This document shows positions 31,428-39,662 of a stretch of 64,000 bases of DNA, in pieces; position 1 is the first letter of the stretch; every line of letters starts with the position of its first letter. The notes beneath the pieces are model-generated. The model saw only the letters and a list, made by a program, of their open reading frames with translations. It was not told where the DNA came from and did no database searches. The DNA is taken from IMG/VR virus record IMGVR_UViG_3300025816_000008, positions 25,976 to 89,975 of that record. One strand, written 5' to 3'. The position numbers and the translations under genes are program-made. The stretch is from a virus.

Positions 31428-32585
31428 ATGACTGATCAAAATTACGAACAGGATGTCGACCTCGATGAAGCAACGGAAGTTGTGGACGAGGCTAAGGCAC
31501 CAACTACAAAAGGTAAGGCACCAGAGCCTGATCATACCGAAAACGATGGTATGAAAAAGACTAAACCTGATGTCGAAACTAAAAAAGGCGCAGGCGGAAC
31601 TAAAGCTAAACAAGCAAAAGTTGGCGATACTTCCGGTCAAGACCCGATGCAAAAACTGAATGCTAGTTACGGAAACAAAATGGAAAATATGACTAAGTTG
31701 GCAGCTTTGCCGGCCGATGTTATTAATACATTGTATCAAGAAGCATTTGGCGCTGACTTGGATCTAGATGAGTCCGATGAAGAATTGGTAGAGTATAACT
31801 TTGATGACGATCTGGAAGCTTTGGTTGAATCCGAAGCAACTCTTTCAGACGACTTTAAAGGTAAAGCTTCTACAATTTTTGAAGCTGCTGTTAATTCCAA
31901 AATTATGGAAAAAGCTGCAGATATGGAACTTGTCACTGCAACCCTTATCGCCGAAAAAGTTGAAGAGCTAGAAGAGCAATATACCTCCGAAATCTCTGAA
32001 GCTGTCACAGAAGCACGTGAAGAGCTTGTCGAAAAAGTCGATAGTTACTTAAATTACGTTGTTGAAACATGGATGGAAGAAAATAGACTGGCGGTTGAAA
32101 CCGGTCTTAGAACTGAAATCGCTGAGACATTTATGAGCAGTTTGAAAGATCTGTTCACCGAGTCTTATATTGAAGTTCCAGAGTCCAAAGTTGATCTTGT
32201 CGATGATCTTGCCGAGCAAGTTGTTGCTCTGGAAGAAAAACTCAATAAAGAAACAGCTACTATCATTGAAATGAGAGCTGGCATGCAGCAAATGGAACGT
32301 CAGGCGATTATCGCTAATGCGTCTTATGGTCTTGCCGGAACTCAAGCCGATAAACTAACCAAACTTGCAGAATCGATTGATTTCGAATCAGCTGAAGCAT
32401 TTGCAAATAAAGTAGATACGCTAGTCGAATCTTACTTTTCAGAAACCACTCCAGTAGAAGCTCCTATGGCTGCTACAATGACTTCTATTACTGAAGAAGT
32501 TCACAGTGAAGATGGTGATGATCTTGTAGAAGCTACAACTGGTCGTATGGAACAATATCTGACTGCAATCAGATCAAATAACTAA
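31428..32585 (+). CDS. g22: Prohead scaffold gp22
   Basis: FKGKASTIFEAAV and VDSYLNYVVETWMEEN motifs; synteny. Confidence 0.93.
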   Translation: MTDQNYEQDVDLDEATEVVDEAKAPTTKGKAPEPDHTENDGMKKTKPDVETKKGAGGTKAKQAKVGDTSGQDPMQKLNASYGNKMENMTKLAALPADVINTLYQEAFGADLDLDESDEELVEYNFDDDLEALVESEATLSDDFKGKASTIFEAAVNSKIMEKAADMELVTATLIAEKVEELEEQYTSEISEAVTEAREELVEKVDSYLNYVVETWMEENRLAVETGLRTEIAETFMSSLKDLFTESYIEVPESKVDLVDDLAEQVVALEEKLNKETATIIEMRAGMQQMERQAIIANASYGLAGTQADKLTKLAESIDFESAEAFANKVDTLVESYFSETTPVEAPMAATMTSITEEVHSEDGDDLVEATTGRMEQYLTAIRSNN

Positions 32586-32596
32586 GGAGACAAAAG

Positions 32597-33937
32597 ATGT
32601 CTAACGCATACAAATCGCTTACTGAAAAGTGGGCACCGGTTCTGAACGAAGAATCAGCCGGTACAATTCATGATCAATATAGAAAGTCGGTAACGGCTGT
32701 TGTTCTTGAAAACCAAGAAAAAGCTCTTCAAGAAGCCCGTGCTGCTCAGGCAGGTTACTTGACAGAAGATGCACCTGGTGGTGCAAATACTGGTTCGATC
32801 GATAAATGGGATCCAATCCTTATTTCGCTCGTACGTCGTGCAATGCCTAACATGATGGCATATGACGTCTGTGGTGTTCAGCCAATGACTGGTCCAACTG
32901 GCCTGATCTTTGCGATGAAATCACGTTTCAATGGTGGTAAAACAACTAACGACGAAGCACTGTTTAACGAAGCAAATAGCGCGTTCTCTGGTGATTCTGC
33001 TGCAGCAAATGCTCAAACCGGTGATACTTCTGGTTTAGGTTCAGTAGGCGCAGGCGGAGCTGTTGACTCAGCTGGTACTGCAGCTCAACATGGTATCGGT
33101 ATGGATACAGCAAACGGTGAAGGTCTTGGTACTACTGGTACTGGTCCAAACTCCGCATTCGCTGAAATGGGTTTCACTATTGAGAAATCAACCGTGTCAG
33201 CCAAAACACGTGCATTGAAAGCAGAATATTCGCTTGAACTCGCACAGGATCTGAAAGCAATCCACGGTCTGGACGCTGAAAGCGAACTAGCTAACATTCT
33301 TTCGACTGAAATCCTTGCTGAAATCAACCGGGAAGTAATTCGTACCATTAACGCTCAAGCGAAAACTGGTGCTTCTACATCTCAAACAGCTCTTAATGGT
33401 ATTTTTGATCTGAAAAATGATGCTGATGGTCGTTGGAGTGTTGAGAAGTTTAAAGGTCTCATGGTTCAAGTCGAGCGTGAAGCAAACCAAATTGCAAAAG
33501 ATACTCGTAGAGGTCGTGGTAACTTCATCATTACTTCTTCTGATGTTGCTTCCTGCTTGTCTGCTACTGGAATGTTGGACTATGCTCCAGCTCTGAAAGA
33601 TAGCCTGACAGTTGATGATACTGGTAATACTTTTGCTGGTGTTCTTAATGGTCGTACCAAAGTATACATCGATCCGTATGCAACTGTAGACTATATTAAC
33701 GTTGGATACAAAGGTACCAATGCTTATGATGCAGGTCTCTTCTATTGCCCATACGTACCGCTGACCATGGTCCGTGCCGTAGGTGAGAATGACTTCCAGC
33801 CACGTATCGGGTTCAAAACTCGTTATGGTATGGTGTCAAACCCATTTGTTGGAAACAATCCAGCAAACGGTCTTGCTACTTCAAGAACTAACCAGTACTA
33901 CAGAATCTTCCGCGTAGACAATATCCTCGACACATAA
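32597..33937 (+). CDS. g23: Major capsid protein gp23
   Basis: GVQPMTGPTGLIFAM, ELAQDLKAIHGLDAE and FQPRIGFKTRYG motifs. Confidence 0.99.
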   Translation: MSNAYKSLTEKWAPVLNEESAGTIHDQYRKSVTAVVLENQEKALQEARAAQAGYLTEDAPGGANTGSIDKWDPILISLVRRAMPNMMAYDVCGVQPMTGPTGLIFAMKSRFNGGKTTNDEALFNEANSAFSGDSAAANAQTGDTSGLGSVGAGGAVDSAGTAAQHGIGMDTANGEGLGTTGTGPNSAFAEMGFTIEKSTVSAKTRALKAEYSLELAQDLKAIHGLDAESELANILSTEILAEINREVIRTINAQAKTGASTSQTALNGIFDLKNDADGRWSVEKFKGLMVQVEREANQIAKDTRRGRGNFIITSSDVASCLSATGMLDYAPALKDSLTVDDTGNTFAGVLNGRTKVYIDPYATVDYINVGYKGTNAYDAGLFYCPYVPLTMVRAVGENDFQPRIGFKTRYGMVSNPFVGNNPANGLATSRTNQYYRIFRVDNILDT

Positions 33938-33978
33938 GAAAAAAGAGAGGAACCAACCTCTCTCTAAGAATAACTAAC

Positions 33979-34010
33979 AAGGGCGCTTTCGGGCGCCCTT
34001 TATTTTTTTT
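33979..34010 (+). terminator. Rho-independent terminator after g23
   Basis: AAGGGCGCT-TTCG-GGCGCCCTT stem followed by a T-tract. A second hairpin, AGAGAGG-AACCAA-CCTCTCT (33944-33963), lies just upstream. Confidence 0.9.
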
Positions 34011-34024
34011 ATTATAAACCGCAT

Positions 34025-34060
34025 TTAACTGTGTACATTGCTTTAGAACTGTGTTATAAA
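34025..34060 (+). promoter_or_regulatory. Early (sigma70-like) promoter TGTACA-17-TATAAA
   Basis: 17-bp spacer with extended TG; near-identical 29-bp copy at 53073. Confidence 0.75.
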
Positions 34061-34083
34061 GAATATAACAAAAGGAGAATATC

Positions 34084-34431
34084 ATGACTAAGTTCAACAA
34101 AAAAGACTTTACATACCATGGCGGCTATTTGCACTACACTGGCGACTATGAGGGTCGTCCCGTTTGGCCATCAGTTACAAAAAATGGTGTAAATGTTTAT
34201 CCTAGTCTTGTTGGTAAAGGAAAAGACCTTTTTATAGCTCGTTTCAAGTATGGTGGTCCTTTCACTAAAGCAAAGTTTATGAAAGAATTGATGAAATCTT
34301 TCACAGTTGAAGAATATGTTACAGAGCAGAATAAAGAGGGTCTTAATAGTTCTCCCTTGCAGATACTAAAAAATAAAAATGAAGATTGGTACAACACAAT
34401 AATTCAAACCTGGAAAATGAAAAGGATATAA
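34084..34431 (+). CDS. Hypothetical early protein
   Basis: Strong SD (AAGGAG) after the early promoter. Confidence 0.75.
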   Translation: MTKFNKKDFTYHGGYLHYTGDYEGRPVWPSVTKNGVNVYPSLVGKGKDLFIARFKYGGPFTKAKFMKELMKSFTVEEYVTEQNKEGLNSSPLQILKNKNEDWYNTIIQTWKMKRI

Positions 34432-34433
34432 TT

Positions 34434-34652
34434 ATGTGGGAACTCAGAGGACAATTCAGCGTTAGGCAATTCGATGAAACTACAGGAAAACCTAGAACTG
34501 AAGGTCCTCTTGAGTGGTCTGCAATAACAGTTAACACTCAAGAAGAAGCGGAAGAGTGGTGGAAATGTAGAACTAGTACTGATTGCAAAGTAAATAGAGT
34601 TAGTACTATGTTTGATCCAAATGGTAATGTTGTTAAAGTAGCATTTAACTAA
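34434..34652 (+). CDS. Hypothetical early protein
   Basis: SD AAGGA before the ATG at 34434. Confidence 0.6.
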   Translation: MWELRGQFSVRQFDETTGKPRTEGPLEWSAITVNTQEEAEEWWKCRTSTDCKVNRVSTMFDPNGNVVKVAFN

Positions 34653-34678
34653 TAAGATTAATATTTTACTAATATAAT

Positions 34679-34707
34679 AAAGGGTCCTTTTTAGGATCCT
34701 TTTTTTT
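34679..34707 (+). terminator. Terminator closing the early cassette
   Basis: AAGGGTCCT-TTTT-AGGATCCTT stem plus T-tract. Confidence 0.8.
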
Positions 34708-34708
34708 A

Positions 34709-34716
34709 TATAAATA
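34709..34716 (+). promoter_or_regulatory. Late promoter TATAAATA upstream of g3
   Basis: Exact consensus. Confidence 0.8.
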
Positions 34717-34736
34717 CTAGTAACAGGGAGTTTAAC

Positions 34737-35240
34737 ATGGCAAAATTAACATCTAATATAAATTATCTCCAGAGTACACAGTTTAAAGTTATAATTGATA
34801 GAAAGCAGTTTGCAAATCTAGAATTTTTTGCTCAAAGCTTTTCACATCCTGGAGTTACTCTAACTTCTGCACCAATGGCTTATAAACGAATTGCATCTGT
34901 CGGATTACCAGGTGATACGTTGACTATAGATGAGTTACAATTGCAAATTATTGTAGATGAAAATATGCAATCGTATATTGAAATGTATAACTGGGCGGAA
35001 CTACTTACTCAGGAGAGAACTAATCTTGGTCCTGATGTAGTGCCTATACCAAAAGTAAGTCACGAGGCTGATATAAGTATTTTACTTATGACAAACTCAA
35101 ATAAACTTGTCAAAACAATCAGATATATAGATTGTGTACCGACAGGACTTGGTAATTTAAATTTTGCTTCATCTACAAATGAACCGCAAATGGTTACGTT
35201 TAATGCTTCGTTTAGATCGGAGTATTTTATTATAACTTAA
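34737..35240 (+). CDS. g3: Tail completion/tube terminator gp3
   Basis: NYLQSTQFK, PGDTL and IVDENMQSYIEMYNW motifs; synteny before uvsY. Confidence 0.85.
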   Translation: MAKLTSNINYLQSTQFKVIIDRKQFANLEFFAQSFSHPGVTLTSAPMAYKRIASVGLPGDTLTIDELQLQIIVDENMQSYIEMYNWAELLTQERTNLGPDVVPIPKVSHEADISILLMTNSNKLVKTIRYIDCVPTGLGNLNFASSTNEPQMVTFNASFRSEYFIIT

Positions 35241-35274
35241 CGTATATATATTTTTTATATTATGGAGAAATGAT

Positions 35275-35721
35275 TTGTTAACACTTGAAAATATACTTGA
35301 ACAATGGAAAAATGACAGTGAAATTGACGAGCATAATTTAGATAGGAGCTCAATCGATATTGTCAAGCTTCATGCAAAATATCTAGAAATGCTTTCTATC
35401 ACAAAACTTAAGTTGAAAAAAACTGAGTTAAATCAAAAAATCTTACTGAAAGACAAGTGGCTTTACTACAATGGGAAGCTAACTGAAGACGAGCTAATTG
35501 AAAAAGGGTGGGAATACGATCCTTTTCGCGGTATGAAAATCATGAAAGGTGATATGAATAAGTACTATGATTCTGATATAGATATACAACAGAGTGAAGA
35601 AAAGGTAACATACTATAAAACTATAGTTGAGACTTTATCTGAAATAGTTGATACACTTCGATGGAGACATCAAACAATTAGTAATATTATAAAATGGAAG
35701 CAGTTTCAAGCCGGTGGATAG
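35275..35721 (+). CDS. uvsY: Recombination mediator UvsY
   Basis: WKNDSEID, LHAKYL, YYNGK and ISNIIKWKQF motifs. Confidence 0.9.
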   Translation: MLTLENILEQWKNDSEIDEHNLDRSSIDIVKLHAKYLEMLSITKLKLKKTELNQKILLKDKWLYYNGKLTEDELIEKGWEYDPFRGMKIMKGDMNKYYDSDIDIQQSEEKVTYYKTIVETLSEIVDTLRWRHQTISNIIKWKQFQAGG

Positions 35722-37219
35722 AATAATAATACAGAAGAAAAACGAAGCATTTCTATTACTAGGATGTGATAGTGGCATAGCAATGGAATTAAGTGATTTC
35801 TTTTCATTCTTTGTTCCAGGCTATAAGTATATGCCGCTCTATCGTAATAAAGTATGGGATGGCAAAGTTAGATTGTTTAATCCAGCAAACTACGAGCTAC
35901 CGGTAGGTTTGTTATCGTATGTAAAAGAGTTTGCAGAAAAAAGAAATTATGATGTAGAATATGAAGACGGGCCGTACGGAGCTCCAGAATCGTTTAACAA
36001 AGTTGATGCGCGAGATATTATGGATTTTATAAAATCACTTAATATCCATAGTAAAGGCACGCCAATTGAAGTAAGAGATTATCAGTTTAATGCTATATGT
36101 GAAGGTATTCGAAAGAAAAGAACTATCATGTTATCTCCCACGGGCTCGGGAAAGTCTTTAATAATTTATATTTTAATGCGATGGTATATGGCTAATCATG
36201 ATGATAAAGTCCTTGTAATTGTACCTACTACTTCTTTAGTCCAACAGATGATGTCTGACTTTGGTGATTATTCATCTAATGATGATGAATTTTCAAGTGA
36301 ACATGATTGTCATGCGATATTCTCAGGACAAGCTAAAATGAATATATCTGAGAATGTTTTTATTAGTACTTGGCAATCAATATATAAGTTACCTCCGACA
36401 TGGTTTGGTCAATTTGGAATTATATTTGGTGATGAGGTTCATGGATTTAAATCAAAGTCGTTATCAAATATCATGAATAAGTCAAAAAATACTGCATATC
36501 GATTTGGAACTACCGGTACATTGGATGGAACTCAGACACACAAATTAGTATTAGAAGGCTTATTTGGCAAAGTGATGAAAGTCACTACTACTAAAGAATT
36601 ACAGGAAAAGGATACGTTAGCTGCTCTTGATATTTTTATTTTAAGATTGGAGCATGGTGATGATGTAAGACAATTAATAAGTGGAAGCACATACCAACAA
36701 GAAATAAATTTTATAATAGGAAATGAAAAAAGAAATCAGTTTATAAGAAATCTGGCTGTTGATCAAAAGGGCAATTCCCTTGTATTATTCCAATATGTTG
36801 AAAAACATGGTAAGATATTATATGATTTAATTAAGTCTAAGGCAGATATAAATAGAAAAGTATTCTTTGTTAGTGGTGCAACAGAAGCTACTGATAGAGA
36901 AGCTATTAGAAAAATAACAGAGAATCAAAAAGATGCTATTATCGTGGCAAGTCTGGGAACTTTTAGTACAGGGATTAATATACGGAATTTACACAACATC
37001 ATTTTTGCGAGTCCGTCAAAATCACAAATCAAAGTTTTACAAAGTATAGGAAGAGGTTTAAGAAAAAGTGATAATGGTGTAACAACCAAACTATATGATA
37101 TATCTGATGATATTCAGCATAAGTCAAAGAAAAATTATACTTTGCTTCACTCTGAAGAAAGAATCAAAATTTATAGACGAGAGAGATTTAATTTTAAGAT
37201 TTATAAAATAAAGGTTTAA
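35714..37219 (+). CDS. uvsW: UvsW SF2 helicase
   Basis: SPTGSGKS, DEVH, GTTGT and QSIGRGLR motifs. Confidence 0.95.
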   Translation: MDRIIIQKKNEAFLLLGCDSGIAMELSDFFSFFVPGYKYMPLYRNKVWDGKVRLFNPANYELPVGLLSYVKEFAEKRNYDVEYEDGPYGAPESFNKVDARDIMDFIKSLNIHSKGTPIEVRDYQFNAICEGIRKKRTIMLSPTGSGKSLIIYILMRWYMANHDDKVLVIVPTTSLVQQMMSDFGDYSSNDDEFSSEHDCHAIFSGQAKMNISENVFISTWQSIYKLPPTWFGQFGIIFGDEVHGFKSKSLSNIMNKSKNTAYRFGTTGTLDGTQTHKLVLEGLFGKVMKVTTTKELQEKDTLAALDIFILRLEHGDDVRQLISGSTYQQEINFIIGNEKRNQFIRNLAVDQKGNSLVLFQYVEKHGKILYDLIKSKADINRKVFFVSGATEATDREAIRKITENQKDAIIVASLGTFSTGINIRNLHNIIFASPSKSQIKVLQSIGRGLRKSDNGVTTKLYDISDDIQHKSKKNYTLLHSEERIKIYRRERFNFKIYKIKV

Positions 37220-37223
37220 GTCA

Positions 37224-37643
37224 ATGGTCGAAGATAATATAAAACAGATTAAAATGGTAAATGGTGATGAATTATTATGCGAGGTTTTAGAAGAGCTTGA
37301 TGAAGACCTGATTATAAGATATTGCCTTATTATCGATAGATTAAATCCGTCGACTATAGATGATATTAAAGAAGAAATGCACTCCTATTATACGCTAAGA
37401 CCATGGATGACGTATATTGAACATCATGATGAAGTAGTAACTTTATCAAAATATCATTGTATGGCCTTCACTATGCCTCACTCTGATCTATTAAACCAGT
37501 ATGGTTTAGCATTAAAAAAACTAATCGAACTTTCAGAAGAAGAAATTTTAGACAAAAAAATAAGTAATATTTTGGAAGCAACAGAAGAAAAAGAAGAAAA
37601 CGTGGTATCAATTTTCGAGAAGTCAAAGAATAAACTTCATTAG
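37224..37643 (+). CDS. Conserved hypothetical protein between uvsW and g55
   Basis: IKMVNGDELLC...LRPWM pattern recalled from this position in marine T4-likes. Confidence 0.7.
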   Translation: MVEDNIKQIKMVNGDELLCEVLEELDEDLIIRYCLIIDRLNPSTIDDIKEEMHSYYTLRPWMTYIEHHDEVVTLSKYHCMAFTMPHSDLLNQYGLALKKLIELSEEEILDKKISNILEATEEKEENVVSIFEKSKNKLH

Positions 37644-37675
37644 GTACTATCCCCCCTGTTAAGAGGTACTCTCTT

Positions 37676-37705
37676 ATTATACCACGGTTTGAGGTGGTTG
37701 TACAC
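37676..37705 (-). promoter_or_regulatory. Minus-strand early-type promoter GTGTACA-17-TATAAT (extended TG)
   Basis: The reverse complement reads GTGTACA ACCACCTCAAACCGTGG TATAAT, a perfect match to this phage's promoter consensus. Confidence 0.75.
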
Positions 37706-37737
37706 AGCTAATTTAGCTGCGTATCAATTATTATTTT

Positions 37738-37767
37738 GTGTACATCTCCTTGAAAATATGATATAAT
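37738..37767 (+). promoter_or_regulatory. Early-type promoter for g55, GTGTACA-17-TATAAT
   Basis: 17-bp spacer with TG extension. Confidence 0.8.
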
Positions 37768-37795
37768 TGTTAATATAAAGTGGAGACAATACTAT

Positions 37796-38386
37796 ATGGC
37801 TAAGAAATCTAAAAATGTACATTATGTAAATAATGCAGAATTTTCACAATCAGTTGTCAAATATGTAGAAACAGTAGCAAAAGCAAAGGCTGAAAAAAGT
37901 GAACTTCCAATAGTTCCTGATGATATTGCTATATCTTTTTTAAAAATTGCTGAAAATCTTTCACATAAATCTAATTTTATTCGATACACTTATCGTGAAG
38001 AGATGGTTATGGACGCAGTTGAAAATTGTCTTAAAGCTGTAGAAAACTACAGAATTGATGCAGCAACACGATCTGGTAAACCAAATGCTTTCGCGTACTT
38101 CACTCAAATTATTTGGTTTGCTTTTCTTCGTAGAATTACGAAAGAGAAAAAGCAGCAAGAGATTAAAGAAAAATATATGCTCCAATCTGGTATTGAAGCT
38201 TTCATTACATCTTCAGAAGAAAAAGGATCAACACAAGTAGCTACACATTTTGTTGATACTTTAAAAGATAGGATTGATAAAGTAAAAGCATATGATACTG
38301 AAATAAAAACTTTTGCAAAATCAAATAAAATTCCAAAGAAAAGAGCTCGTAATGTTGATTCAGACTTACAGGATTTCTTAGAATGA
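37796..38386 (+). CDS. g55: Late-transcription sigma factor gp55
   Basis: HYVNNAEF, NFIRYTYREEM and NAFAYFTQI..FAFLRRI motifs. Confidence 0.95.
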   Translation: MAKKSKNVHYVNNAEFSQSVVKYVETVAKAKAEKSELPIVPDDIAISFLKIAENLSHKSNFIRYTYREEMVMDAVENCLKAVENYRIDAATRSGKPNAFAYFTQIIWFAFLRRITKEKKQQEIKEKYMLQSGIEAFITSSEEKGSTQVATHFVDTLKDRIDKVKAYDTEIKTFAKSNKIPKKRARNVDSDLQDFLE

Positions 38387-38604
38387 GTAAGATACAAGAA
38401 AGGATTAAACTTCATATGGATGCTATCCAAGCTATTATGGAGTCACCTGGACAAGATCATTTGATAGAAGGCAAAACTGATCTACTAAATCAAATGGCTA
38501 AAGTTAGTTTATTTGCTGTGCATATGAACGACGAAGACAAAGATTATTATCAAGCAGTACAATGGACTCTTGAAGAAAAAGAAGATTGGGACGTTAAAAA
38601 ATGA
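38383..38604 (+). CDS. Hypothetical protein
   Basis: Coupled to both neighbours by ATGA/overlaps. Confidence 0.7.
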   Translation: MSKIQERIKLHMDAIQAIMESPGQDHLIEGKTDLLNQMAKVSLFAVHMNDEDKDYYQAVQWTLEEKEDWDVKK

Positions 38605-39662
38605 AAATAGCAGTCTTGAATGATACCCATTGTGGTATTAGAAATAGCTCAGACGTTTTTCTAGATAATGCTAACAAATTTTACAGTAATGTATTTTTCC
38701 CTTATTGTGAAAAGCATAACATAAAACAAATTCTTCATTTAGGTGATTATTACGATCATAGAAAATTTGTCAATTTTAAAGCACTAAATTCTAATAGAAA
38801 ACATTTTCTAAATAAATTGCGTGACCTTGGTATGGCCATGGATATTATGCCTGGTAATCATGATACATTTTATAAAAATACTAATGATTTAAATTCTCTT
38901 AAAGAATTGCTTGGTCACTTTATGAATGAAATTCATATTATAATGAAGCCTACGGTCATGGAATATGGCACTATGAAAATAGCTCTTCTTCCATGGATTA
39001 CTTCAGAAAATTATGATGAATCTATAAAATTTGTAAAAAATTGTAAAGCAGATTGGCTTGGAGGACATCTAGAACTATCTGGATTTAATCTTATGCAGGG
39101 CGTGATTAATCAACATGGCATGGATCATACGCTTTTTAACCGATTTGAAAAAGTATTATCTGGTCATTTTCATACTAAATCACAAAAAGACAACGTCATG
39201 TATCTTGGTTCGCAAATGGAATTCTTTTGGAATGATGCACATGACAAAAAATATTTTCACGTCATTGATACTGACACACGTGAAATAGAAGCTATTAGAA
39301 ACCCATATACATTGTACGAGCGTATTATATACGATGATAGTGACTATAACTATTTGGATATGAATCTTGATCATTTAGATCATAAGTTTGTCAAAATAGT
39401 CGTAAAAAATAAAAAAGATCTATTTACATTTGATCGATTTGTTGATAGAATACAGAATAGGAAGATACATGAGCTAAAAATCGCTGAGAACTTTGACGAG
39501 TTTATTGGCGAAAACGTAGAAGACGAAAGCATTTCACTTGAAGATACTTCTACATTATTAGATAGCTATGTTGAATCTGTTGACACTGAACTAGATAAAG
39601 ATCGGATAAAGGTTGATATGAGAAAACTTTTGACTGAAGCACAGGCACTTGAAATAGTATGA
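38601..39662 (+). CDS. g47: Recombination nuclease gp47 (Mre11-like)
   Basis: DTHCG, LGD, GNHD and SGHFH phosphoesterase motifs. Confidence 0.95.
   Translation: MKIAVLNDTHCGIRNSSDVFLDNANKFYSNVFFPYCEKHNIKQILHLGDYYDHRKFVNFKALNSNRKHFLNKLRDLGMAMDIMPGNHDTFYKNTNDLNSLKELLGHFMNEIHIIMKPTVMEYGTMKIALLPWITSENYDESIKFVKNCKADWLGGHLELSGFNLMQGVINQHGMDHTLFNRFEKVLSGHFHTKSQKDNVMYLGSQMEFFWNDAHDKKYFHVIDTDTREIEAIRNPYTLYERIIYDDSDYNYLDMNLDHLDHKFVKIVVKNKKDLFTFDRFVDRIQNRKIHELKIAENFDEFIGENVEDESISLEDTSTLLDSYVESVDTELDKDRIKVDMRKLLTEAQALEIV

Noticed and set aside
31203-31739. 178-aa minus-strand ORF and the other short minus-strand or alternate-frame ORFs in the track
   Set aside because: They overlap well-supported core genes, have no family motifs and have shadow-ORF composition.
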